A stretch of 64,000 nt of DNA from Macrostomum lignano (Eukaryota), in assembly GCA_002269645.1 (NCBI GenBank), contig NIVC01002868.1, positions 1-64,000 of the forward strand, read 5' to 3'. The translations under genes and the position numbers were made by a program. Below are positions 24,496 through 36,646 of the stretch, in pieces; the first letter of the stretch is position 1; each line of letters starts with the position of its first letter. Under the pieces are notes generated by a model. It was given only the letters and a program-made list of their open reading frames with translations. It had not been told where the DNA came from and ran no database searches.

Positions 24496-27400
24496 TTTTC
24501 TCTTATCTCTCCTCCTCTCTCTACTCTCTCCCCTCTCCATTCTCCTCTTTCCTCTCCTCTCTCCTCACTCACTTCTCTACCTTTGTCTCTCCTCTCTCCT
24601 CTCGTCTCTGTAACCTCTCCTCTGTTCTCTCTACTCTCCCATCTTTTATCTGTTCACTCTCGTCTCTGCTCTCTCATCCCCCTCTTTAATCTGGCATCTC
24701 TGTCTTATATGTTCTCTTACCTCTCTCCTCTGTACTCTTTTCTTTCCCCTCTTTTGACTCCTCACTTTCTTTTCTCCTTTCTTCTTTTCTTTTCTCTTCC
24801 CTTTTCTATACTCTGTCTCCCTCTCTTCTCTCACTCCACTCTCCTCTCTCCGTTATCTCTCATCTCTCATTTCTCATCTCTCCTTCCACCTCTCTCATCT
24901 CTACAACCTTAGAGATGTAGAGATGTATCTTTATCTCTTATCTCTTTCCTTTACTCTCTCATCTCTTCTTTCACCTGTCTCCTCTCTCCTCTCATCTGCA
25001 GCTCTCTGCTCTCTCATCTCTACTCTCTCCTCTCGCTTTTCCTCTCTCCCCTCTTCTCCCCCTCTCTCTCTCATCGTCCTCACCCCCTCATCTCTCCTAT
25101 TATCTTTTATCTTTTCTTTTATCCCCTCTGTCGCCTCTCCTCTCTTCGAATCGTCTATTCCTTCTTCTTTCCACTTTCATCTGCCCCTCAGCTATGAGCT
25201 GGAATGCTGGATTCTTTATCTGGCCTTTGAGGTAAAAGTCTGCCCATCCCTGCTTGAAAAGCCAGTTTGTGGGACGTAGTACTCTCATGGTTGTTCTCAT
25301 GCTTTGATCACGTCATCTTTCTTGCCAATTTGCAGCCCTGAAAGGAATTTGTGTATCTTCAGCTTCACTGCAATCTGCATCAGTCTAACAACCAAGGAAA
25401 TACGCATTTCTTAGAAGGCCATTTAATATTTACACAGTACCTTTAAAAGAAACCTAAAATTTCCATGGTGTGCCTAATTTAGTAGGGTTGTATTGCATTG
25501 CATGGCATCGCCTTTTCATAAATATTTCGCTTTTACAAACCATGCTGGATAGTGGATTCCCTCGATTTGCCAATTGCCATCCAGTGTTAAACTACTGCAG
25601 AGTTTGCCAATACAGAGGGGAGGGCAGTGGTTAGAATTTCTCACTAAACTGTTATGGCTAAACGTATAGCCTCTCCACTCTCGGGGTGGAATTCCAAAAC
25701 ACTGTACATTTGCTATGTACATTCAGTCCTATCGCCTGACCCTTCGTCTGGCTCTGGGGCAATGAGTGGAGTGAGTGAGTGGCACAAACAATAGAAAAAG
25801 CAGACAAACTTCACATGCTTACAGTTTCTTTTTCGATTGAGTTACAGAGTTGAAACTTTACATTTAGATAGAGAATGGGTCAATGAAGAATTGTGTCAAG
25901 TTTGAAGTCAATCGCTTTACGTGGAGCAAACTTATGACAGCTGAAAGTTAGTCAATTTTGAAACCCTTTTACACATCTGGGCCCAGATCGGTATCGGGAA
26001 AGAGAGGCAGGCGGGCGGAGGTTGGGGTGGCTGTCTCGCTGAAAAAAACAGTCCAACTTTAAAAGTGCACAGCGCCGTTCAGGATTAACTTTGAGAATCG
26101 AAATTTTACACGATTGTGTCAAAATAGTTGAAAATTGCCTGTGTCAAATTTGAAGAGAATCGGTAGAAGTGGAGCGGCGCTATGGAGGATTTAGTGAAAA
26201 AATCGCGCATTTTGAGCAGTTTTTTGTACTTTTAGGCAGGAAGACTTGATTCTAGGAAATTTAAAGGTAGCCTAAGACATTCTCCGTAGTGAGTTTAGGG
26301 TGGGTGTAAAGTTTAGTGTCATTTGGTTGAGCGGTTTGGGAGTCCATAGCGATCAAAATTGTCCACACACAGACAGACAGAGTTTTGATTTTTATATGTA
26401 GAGATAGTCCAAGAGAAATTGCTCACTGGCGCCTTATACTGGCGACTTTCAATGTTGCTTGAGCATACATTTCCTGTGTCTAAAAATCATAACGGCACAA
26501 CTCAACTCATACAAAAATGACAATATATAGAGTCCAAAATTTATAAACAAAAAAGCTCTATAAAAATATCAACAAATCTATAAGAAAGACAAGGCATATA
26601 AAAACTTTTTGTTTTCGCTAAAACCTGTTTTTTCATTCTTAAGTTTAGTCCTTGTTGTATATGTAGACATTTGTAGGTCAGAAACCCCACCCTCCTCTAA
26701 ACAGGTTCTGACATTTTGTCAGAATCGGATGGCTCACCCAAGACTCGTTATCAGCTCTGCGGTGACTAGCCATACCAAGCGCTGATCCATCATTCTCGCT
26801 AGCCGGATGCTGTACACCATAGAATCCAGACAGCGAAGTCAAGTACTGCTGCAGATAGCCATCAGTAGCATACGCGTCCATCATCTCTTTAGCTCCAATC
26901 TGAGCAAATAATGACGTCTGATTCAAACTCTTAGGCAAATTACAGCCAGACGGTTCTGAGCAGCAATTCCCATCCGGAGTTTTTGAGCACATCAGATCGC
27001 CAATAAAATCCACCGTGTCTTGATTAAGTCGATTGCTATCGCTGTTACGTAGCGAGTGAACATCAGTGTAGCGTCTGTTAAAATTGCAAGTTTGTTGGGG
27101 ATAAAACGTTATAAGATTTCTAACATTGACTAGAAACAGGATATATAATTACATATTATGACATGGCGACTTTATACAGAGCATACAAATACAGACTGGG
27201 TTATGGACATGTATATTTCCCATATTGTATAGTTCCCTTAACTAGGAATATTGGTCACTCACTAAATGAGACTTAAAACACCATGAAATTATTGATATGA
27301 TGGGAGGATGGGGTACAATAGTAGAAACAAATTAATTTTGAGGTTACAGACTTGAGCAACCTAGATTTTTTCTGTCATATGCCCTATATGTACTAGAGAT

Positions 27401-30400
27401 AGTGGGGGCTAAAGTTGAGATGAATGTTTTTTTACACTCAATGCGAGGGAGCTCTAAATAAACCTAGGATTCAAGCAACATAATTTTTGACACTACATTC
27501 AAATGGTGTGGTTTGGGTAATAGGGGTTAAAGTAAGTTAAATGCAGTCCTAGACATTGTTCTAGTACAATAAATGAATAAGATCTATTAAATAAGCAAAT
27601 ATTAGACATAAGCTAGTTATAGGGAATAAGATCATGCAATTCAATGGCTTTGATCAGATAATATGTTATATATGGTATATGTTACCTTAATTTTTCTACA
27701 TATAAAAAAAATAGAACCTTAAAGTTATTTAATCCATGTGAGCTACCAATTATTAGTGTTTTAGCAATTAACAAAATATGCTATAATTTTGGTGATACAA
27801 TATTGAATTTGATCTGATAGTTTTATTGGTCAGAAAGTTTTTTATCTATTGTATGTTTAATATCACCATATATATATATATATTCTAATTCTATAATTTA
27901 ATATCTACAAGCAATCTAACCTACTTTAATTATATATGCAATTTAGCTTAAAAATGAATGAACAAAAAAAAATTGTTTTTTTGTAATAGCTATCATTATT
28001 GAAATGAATGTATTTTTTTTATAGATATCAATTGATAAACTAGTTCATTTAAACAAATTGAAAAAATGAAAATCAACAAAGGTTGCCTTATTATTTTTTT
28101 TATTTTATGAATATAAGACTTAAGTATATATATAAAGTGGCTAAAAGATATTGAGATAAAATTTAAGATGTCATAGCATCTATAAAACATAAAAACCTAG
28201 AGGAATAGACTGCTAATCAATGAGTCAAATAACCTTATCACTATTTTGCCAATAGTCTAACCCTTTTGCCAGTTAAATAAGCTTGTCATACGACTAAATA
28301 GTAGATAAATAGTTACAAAGCTTTTGGGACTAAAAGTGAGATAAGAGTATTAGCTAAAAATGATAAAAAAAATTTATTAGCATTGGGATAAGGACTGCTA
28401 GCTATACAATGACAAGATTATGACTCATTATTTAATTAAAGATACTAATAGCAAGTGTATTTGACTAATACCAGAAAAAAAAACTATACAAAGTCTAAAT
28501 TCTTTAGGAAAAAAATAAAAAAACAGTTATTTTTACAAATTAAAGCTAGACATATACTTAAACATATTTAAGCATTTTTTAACTTTTATCTTCTAGTCCA
28601 TATTTGCATTTTTACTTAATGTTGCAAAGTTATAGATTTATAGAAAATCCTTCTAAAATTTTTGTTTTATTAAGGACTTTGCCAAGATGCCTTTAGAAGG
28701 TAAATTCTAATAAAACATATTTTTTATAAATCGATAGCTCAGCAGTATAGTTACATAAAAAGCATAAAAATAGAAAGAAACAAAAATACTTTGTTATAAG
28801 GATAAAATGTTTGTCTAGCCTTTATTGAAAAAATTATGTCATTTTTTATTATAAAAATGACTTTGAAAAGTGGCCACTTATTGGATTCCTAAAACTTAAG
28901 TTAGAAAGTTCTACAATATTTTTAAAATATATTTATAAAATACAAAGCCATTGGCATTAGTAGATTCAAAACTTATATAAAAGTCAATTTTAATAAATAG
29001 GTTGGCTTTATTGTGCCTAGTCAAGAAACAATTTAAATATGCTAAATGATGATTATTACAAAAGAAAAAAATAATTTTAAAACACAATAGTAATAATAGT
29101 AATATAGCAAAAATTATAAGAAAAAGTTTTCTTTTGTTAGCCTGTATGTTCTACCATTTATGCCTTTGAGCCATCTTGCCTATTCCCTAGACATTTTGTC
29201 TCCTAGGCATTCTGGCTTTTCCATTAAGATTTCCAATTAGACAATAGATTTTTTTCTTAGGAGTAATATGTACCTAATTTTGTAGGCAACTCTGATCCAT
29301 TGCAAAACCCTATCTAGATTAGAATAAAATAGTTTAGTTAAATAATATATTATCACTTAGGCACTAAACACTATCAGAGTGTCAATAAAGTATATTTGCT
29401 AAAGTTGTTTATAAATAGAAAGCTTTTTTAATTCTAAGGAATCTGGGTTTTTTGTGCAAATGGCATCCTGGTCTTAAAAATTGCACCCTGAAATTTGACT
29501 CAGGGTGCAAAAAGCACACTAGAATTTTTTGCAAGGATGTGATACAGATTTCACAATTTAGTGTTATGGATGTGCAGCGCATCTTGGTCTTGAAAATTGT
29601 ACCTTGAAATCTAACACAGGGTGCGAAATTACATTTAAGTTATGGAGGAAAAAAAACCCAGCAAGGAATCGTCTAATTTCTAATAGCTTAACAAATTTGT
29701 TAGCTTAATAGCAAGATTGAAATAGACCTAGCACTATAAATTTGGTATTAGCTACAATATAATTAAATAGCTGGGAACCCCTAAAACTATAGTTGCACTT
29801 TATTTATTTTTTAAATATATAAAATCCAACTAAAAAAGAATAACCTTTTTTAAAAGGCATTATTTAAGACAAAATAATATTTTTAAAGCTAAAATGATCA
29901 TAAATGCCTAAGGAATAAACTATATTATGCATATACATGCGCAACCTTGGGAATCACTTGGCCATTTGTATTGGCAACATATACATGTAAGTTGCTATTG
30001 GCTGAGAGTAGTCACATGACTACTATTCTATCCAATAGCAACTTACATGTGTTAATTTTAAGATTTAATTAAAATTTTAATTAAATTAAAATTTCAAGTT
30101 TAAAATTTTAAAACTTTAATTTTAAGTTTTTTATATATATACAGTTGAATAGATAGAATACAAGAAGTAAGCATTGTTTAATTTTAGATAAATGTTAGAT
30201 CAGTTATATGAATAAGCTACTTAAAAAAGGAAGTCTTCAAAGATTTTTCCTAGAAAAAAGTGGCACAATAAATATTTGTTGGTTTTTTCAAATAAACTTT
30301 TTAAAAGATAGTTCTTTTTATAGTCAACACTTTATGCTTGGGCGCAAACTAGGGATTCACCTGGCCATTTCTATTGGAAAAACACACAATGTAAGTCGGT

Positions 30401-33400
30401 ATTGGATGGAATAGTAGTCGCGTGATTGCTCTTAGCCAATAGCGACTTACATGTGTATATTGCCAATAGAAATGGCCGAGTAATTCCCAAGGTTGTGCAT
30501 GTATGCAACACTTAAAACAAAGGCAGTTGTTATTGTTTTAGTAACTATATAAATGATGAGATGGTTATTTTTTAACTTAATATATAAGGCTCATTCCATA
30601 TAAGCATGGTCGTAACATGACAGGTTATTTTTACTTATAAAATGAAATCTAATAATAGAATATACTAAACCAATATTTTAAATGAAAGATTATTTTGTCT
30701 AGAATATATTTATAGAGTTTCATATAGATATCATCATTAGTATAGATGCTATTAAACCTTAAATGACACTTATGGTTGTAACGACAGGATTTTTGACATA
30801 TAGAAACTAAAAGGTAAAAGTCTTATAACATTTTTCATTTTTGATATTTTGCAATACATTTTTAAAATTTGACTAAGAACATCTTTAGAAATCATACTCT
30901 TTTATTAGAATATATAAACTCAAAAGGCAACAAAGATACAAAAGAAAAGGCAGCCTTATGGTCGTAACATTATGGTCGTAACATATTTTTTTCTGTCAAT
31001 TCAGTAACTTTGAGGTACTAATACATTAAAAATATAATAGATTATTTGGTCACCAATGCTTTTATCTGATGATGCAAGTACTATACTTTTATCTATAGTT
31101 TGTTTCAACCTTCAAAAGCTTTCTATTTGTTTTTAAAAGGTACAAAATCTTAATGATGTCTTTTGCTTCGAAAAATGTCCAAATTGATAACAATTGATAA
31201 TATACTAATCCAACATTTTACCATTCCTTTATTCTTAGATTGTATATATTGCACAATATAAACATTTGGTAAAAAATAGGCTAATTAGGCAATGGCAAGC
31301 AAAAATATTGACTTTTTTCTATTTTCCAAATATGTCCATCTTATATGGAATGAGCCATAAGACAAATATTATCTTAATGAAATAACAAACTTTTAGTGTA
31401 AATTTTAAAAAGTTAATTATAAAAGTAAAGAAATATATTATTAATAAATACATTCAAACAATAATAACTTATAATAGTGGCTTACTTTAGAAAATTGTTA
31501 ATTATCACCTATAGTCTAGAAGGTGGCATTTAAACTAGAAAATTTCAACATGTTTTTGTTTTTGATAACAATCTTAGCATACACTTGGTATATAAAAAGC
31601 CAAGTTTAAAGCTAATATAATTGTATAATTAAATAGCAACCAACAAAAGCTTTTTAAAACATAATTAGAAACTAAAATAGAAAACATTACAACTTATAAG
31701 AAAAACAAAATTAAAACAAAGAATATCAATTTTTAGCAAACACAGCTATTTTAATATTTATATTTATTAAAACTCATATTTCTAAAAAATATACTTTCTA
31801 AAAATTGGCATATGAACAACTTTGCATTTTGAATAACTTCTAAATTTTATATTGGCAAAAACATACAAAAAATGAATTCTCATTCTATTTCTATAATATA
31901 TTTACCATGATCTTCACTATAGATTACTATCTAATAATTTAAAAGTTTTTCCACATGACCATAAATTAAAAATCGCCATGTGCCTTTTATGCCAGAATTT
32001 TCTAGCATATTTTTGCTTTCACTAACAATCTTGATAGACATTTAACATATAGAATTTTCAGGTTCAACATGAAATGTACATAGTCAGCATACAAAAAATA
32101 GCCAAGTTCAAGGCTAATATAATTGTGTAGTTAAATATCAACCAATGTTGAAAGCTTTTTTAAAAAATAATCAGAAATTAAAATTTAAAATATTAAATCA
32201 TGAAAAAATCAAAATTAAAATAAAGAATATCAGTTATTAGCAAAAGATAGCCTTTCCCAGGATAGAATTCTTCCTCAGAAGTAGGAAAATACACACTGTA
32301 AAAAAGTCATAATGCAAATCATAGCGGGTCTATGTGCTAAAAAATGAAATTTCTAGGTTTTCAATTTTTACGCTGACATAAAAATTAGAAAGTTATACTT
32401 TAAGTGTAAAGTAGCTTGAATACTAATTTTTAGAAGAAATATTCTTTAAAAATTATAAGAGTTTTACTGAAATTTAAAGTAACTGTTTTTTGCTAAAAAC
32501 TATTATTCTTTGTTTTACTTTTGTTAAAAATTTTCTAGCATAAAAACAACTTTCTGGACTATGAAAAGTAGGAAGACTTAAGCGCACATATACTACATGG
32601 TATATAACTATGTTGAATGCATGTAAAAGTCAAATCTTATCTGACTATTCTGTGGCAAACAGCTTCTTTGCAAGCATATATGATGGAGCATGCGCATACC
32701 TTCTTTTAGGGCGCACAAGTAGGCTCGTGCAAGAATTCTATCTTGGAGTCTTTTTAAAGTTTTGTAAAAGTTTTGAATTGCTAAAAGTATATATTTATTA
32801 AAAATGGCATATAAACAATTTTAGTCTTGGTTAGGGGTTGGACGATATTGAATTTTTGAGATTTTCAAGATTGGCCTCTTTGAAATTTTACACTGGAATT
32901 AAATTGAAATAAACATGAATTATCATTCCAGCATATGCCAGCCATGATCTGGACTATGGTACCTAGCATGATCCAGACTATGGTTTAGGCCTAGATAAGA
33001 TAGTATCTTATATAAAAATTGTAAAATAAACATTTTGCTATTTATATGATTGACATAACAATAATAACAACTTTCTAACAACCTTCTAAAAATGAAAAAA
33101 TATTTTGGCTAGCATTTAAAAACATTATAATATAAAGCTTGATAATATATTATATTAGGCCAGTAATCAATTGTAATAACAAAAGTACTTACCCAGCTGT
33201 ATAGTAATGCAGATACTTAACATCAAGTCCCATTAATTTCAGTGATCCCTTTAGTCCTTTTAACCACTCTTGTCCTTGTAATTTAAGCTTGCAAAGCAAA
33301 GATAAAATGTTCCCTTTAGGACCAGCTCTTTCACCAGTTAAACAAGGATCAAGAGAATCAAAAATACAAGCCATTGAAGAATCTCTTCCAACAGCTTCAC

Positions 33401-33713
33401 GACAAAGAGGATTGTTGAACAAGGGTTGAAATGTCGTAACTATATTAGCAATGCAGTCGTTCGAAGTAGTTTTTAATTCAGTGCCATCAAAAATTAAACA
33501 TTGTTGCAGGGTGAGAAAGTTAACTTGTGACTTTACGAACTCATTCCAAAGTGCGGTAGAGTTGGGGTTCATAGATTTACATTCATTTTCGGCGATGGTG
33601 TCATTGCTGATTGTCGAGTAAGAAATACATTCTCGGGGAAAATAGATGCACTGAACTGCACAAACCGCTTTCACAACGATGAGAACCACAGTAAGTTTAA
33701 TAAGGAATTGCAT
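19688..33713 (-). CDS. TGF-beta/activin type I receptor kinase, ALK4/5/7 (Baboon)-like, 823 aa, 5 exons
   Basis: Exons 33713-33193 (signal peptide, Cys-rich), 27074-26738 (CCSEPSGCN box), 23569-22916 (TM, GS box TGSGSGLPILLPRTVAR, GQGRFG), 21983-21325 (VAVKIF, HRDIKSNNILVK, DFG, GTRRYLSPE), 19988-19688. All GT-AG with compatible phases (2,0,0,2), 2472 nt. The L45 loop IAIDNIDIGLETQLWL resembles the ALK4/5/7 type. Kinase exons are certain; linkage of the two 5' exons is inferred from phase and motifs. Confidence 0.85.
20025..21265. repeat. 38-bp minisatellite (GGGATCTGGGATGCTGGCCTCATCTGATCAATGTATTA)n filling receptor intron 4
   Basis: About 32 tandem copies. Confidence 0.95.
22195..22775. repeat. 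22-bp minisatellite (GGTCATGGGGTGTTTGATAGGT, then GGTCATGGATTGGCTGAGGAGT) in receptor intron 3
   Basis: Two sub-blocks of variant units. Confidence 0.93.
23773..26404 (-). mobile_element. Non-autonomous Helitron-like element (2632 bp)
   Basis: On the minus strand: 5' TCTCTACATATAAAATC...TGTCTGTCTGTGTG; 3' end ...CCGGGGATTGGAATTCCCCGG...CCGCGGG...CAGCTTG. Inserted between host A and T with no target duplication; the empty site matches the intact MITE copy. Confidence 0.75.
23990..25190. repeat. CT-rich low-complexity tract inside the Helitron-like element
   Basis: Degenerate (CT)n/(CTCT)n; source of the Leu/Ser-rich pseudo-ORFs. Confidence 0.9.
29934..30503. mobile_element. Foldback-type MITE with ~120-bp imperfect terminal inverted repeats
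   Basis: Left arm TACATGCGCAACCTTGGGAATCACTTGGCCATTTGTATTGGC... is the reverse complement of the right arm ...GCCAATAGAAATGGCCGAGTAATTCCCAAGGTTGTGCATGTA. Confidence 0.75.
30588..31356. mobile_element. TIR-bounded non-autonomous element (~770 bp)
   Basis: 17-bp perfect inverted termini GGCTCATTCCATATAAG (30588-30604) and CTTATATGGAATGAGCC (31340-31356); target duplication not clear. Confidence 0.6.
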
Positions 33714-36394
33714 GTTTGCAGAGTAGGGCTACTTCAAAGATAGGCCTTTAAGTTCACATTTGTCAGTAAAAATTTGTTGGCTTTGTAGTAATTAAAAAAT
33801 ATATTTATTTACAGAACAACTCCTCTGCTCCTTGAAATAAATTGAAAAATTGAAAGCGCATAATTTTTTGCCTTAAAATAGTACTAATATCAAATTGTTC
33901 AAAGCAGAAACCAGCAACATAGTAAAACAAATCATTTAACTAATAGATTGTTCTATCCGTTTTCTTAAACTGTGTAAATTGAAGTAGTTTATTAATTATT
34001 TACCAAACTTTCCACTTTTGAAAGAAATTATTTTGCTTTGTTTACAGTGCCTTGGCAACAAGTTAATAAAGTAAAGCACGCCAAGCAATGGAATGCCGAA
34101 ATTTATTTTCAAAAAACGCTTTAAAGCAAATTTGGCACGCGCCTTACTGATATTGTTCAAATGCGCCAATACTACGAAATGGCTGCAAATAACTTTTTGC
34201 AACCAAATTAAGCCAACTTAATTCTACTGCTCAGATTAGTGTGGAATAATGCATGCATATATGCCAAGGGCATATGCGTAATGGATAAATATTGAAAAAA
34301 ATATTTTTGCAATTAAGATAGTGCTGTAAACCAAAATCCAACTTTGTGTATATATTTGTCTACTTTGTGTACATATAACATGTGCATGTACCACTTTTGC
34401 ATCTGCATGAACTATAGTGAAAAGAATAATTCACTAGGCCTAATATATAAAATATTATGTAATGTAGGCCTTATTGATATACATTATACATAAGCAAGTG
34501 CTGCAATGTATAGTGCCAATAACATGATATGATGGTTTTTCATTTGACTGATATCTAGATCCTAGGCCCCTACCTCTAGGCTTAGCCAATGCTAAGAGGG
34601 CAGACAATAGGCTAAGGCATTGTCTGCCCTCTTTTTCCCCTTGACTTGCTAAGTTGCTACTTATTTTTATTTTTGCCTTTGGTTTTTTACTTAGCTTAGG
34701 ATCAATGTGTCTAGAAATATCAAGGTGGCATTGCCACCCATTTTGCTAACATCTGGCTGGCAACCATGGGTAGCTAGTGCTACAGTGTTATACAGTGATG
34801 CAGGGAGTTCTAATGGTGCTAGTGTTCTGTGTGTCCATAGTGCAGTAGGCTTAGTCCCTCTCCGGAGAATCTAGGAGATAGATTGTTGTTCATCTAAATA
34901 GCCTTTAAATAATAGACAAGTCACAAACTTGCCTTTGGTTTTGGTTAGAGTTTATTTTTAGAATTGGCCAATGGCCCTTTTATATAGGCCTAGTTGCAAT
35001 AGCCCATAGCCAGGTTAGGCAAGTGTTTGCATAAGATAGGCCTAGGTAAGGCAAAGCCTAAAATGCCCTATCCTGCAAATATATCTATCATATATAGGCC
35101 TATTATATGCTAGAATCATACATGCGCAACAGTTAGCCATTCTGGCTGACTGATTTGGCAGCCAACCAACGTAAGTCGCAAAAATGCCTATCCGAATAAA
35201 TACCCAAGTAGTACTAAGTAGATGACAAGGAATTTTACCTTAATAAGACAAGTCATAGTTACTCCTGCTGTTTACCCAAAGTTGCATTATTTTGCTTTAG
35301 GGTTTTTTTTTACATGTAAGTCACATTTTTGGCCAAAAACTATATTGCATTTTTGGTAAAACAAGTGCATAAGCAGCATGGCATGTATTGCTAGAATGTT
35401 TATCTATATAAAATGTCTAAAATTGTTATTAAGAAATATAATAAATATATTCTTATGACTTTATTAAAGAAATTTTGATTAAAAGCAACCAAAATATTTA
35501 CCAAGATCAATATTAAATAATAAAACAATATTTTAGGCAATCATTTTTCTTTTGGCTTTTTGTAGAATAAGAGACTGAAAAAATGACAAGGTTGACAGAC
35601 CTTGACAAGATCAAGCACACGAGATATTTCTTTCATGCCCCTTCCCTTTGGGTTTTTACCTTCCTCTACCTTCCCCTTCAACAATTTTTTAGTTATGCCA
35701 ATGATTTGTAGCTAATTAATTAATCTCTTTCTTAATTTATAATGGTATAATGATATATAATCCAATGATAATAGTTCTTTTTTTTCAATCTAACCCAACT
35801 AATAGTCCTAATTATAGAGCAAATTGTATACCAATAAAAATCTATATTGCTTGAATCTCTAACCCTAAAGACTTAGAATTATCCCTATAAAAGTTTTAAA
35901 CTAGCAATATTCATTTATTAATATTGTTTTATCATTTCTTATCAATTAAATCAATGGATCAATGGCTTTAACAATATTTAATATTATGTCTTAGTTAATA
36001 AGTGGCCAATATTATTAATATTAGATCTAAGAATGAGTTATATAAAATACGCATTTTTATAATTACTGCTATATCTATTTTATTTAAAACCTCTATATCT
36101 AAAGCTATTATAAAACCTTAATATGGTAGCTATTGGTTCTGTTTTTATAAATCTCATTCTAATGAATTTATTATAATACTATAAGATTTATCTAAGATAA
36201 TTAAAAAAAATTTTCTTAAGCCAAAAGGTTTCAAAATCGGGATCTTTAAAGTTCCAAATAATATTTTTTACTTTTCAACTATAATAGTAATTTTGTAAAT
36301 TAGTTAGTTAGGTTTGATATTAACCTTAAGTTGTTATTATCAATGCTCCTAGACTATTTGGAAGTTATTTATACTTTTTTCAGACCATAGATTT

Positions 36395-36602
36395 TCAAGA
36401 CCCAGGTGCATTTTAAGCAGCATTGTCACACAGCTAGCAATGACCATAATTGCCCATTCTATCAACACCCCTAAACAGGAACTCACATAGGAGTCTATAG
36501 CAACCCTAACTTTATTTGTTATAAGGCTTGTACGCTCGAAGGTCGACCTTCCAAGGCATTCGTTACATGAGCAGACCCAGGCCAATATTCCAATTTAGCC
36601 CT
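36395..36602 (-). mobile_element. Degraded copy of the SINE family, heavily C>T/G>A mutated
   Basis: The reverse complement aligns by eye with the 10675 and 54633 copies (GGCTAAATTGGAAT..., AAATAAAGTTAGGG...ACTCCT.TGTGAGT, GAATGGGCA, TGTGTGACAATG). Confidence 0.65.
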
Positions 36603-36646
36603 AAATTAATATGACTGCACTTGGAATTTAATTGCAATTTTCTGTT

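Larger units (their letters stand above)
23681..26468. mobile_element. Second copy of the 3711-3983 MITE (internally deleted), interrupted by a Helitron-like insertion
   Basis: Left TIR TATACTCAGCAACATTGAAAAGTCGGCA at 23681; MITE body to 23772; body resumes at 26405 (TAGTCCAAGAGAAATTGCTCACTGGCG); right TIR TGGCGACTTTCAATGTTGCTTGAGCATA ends at ~26468. Confidence 0.75.

Noticed and set aside
23943-25300. Leu/Ser-rich ORFs and the 66-aa ORF at 25100-25300
   Set aside because: They lie in CT-rich Helitron cargo; neighbouring frames have stops and no family motif was recognised.
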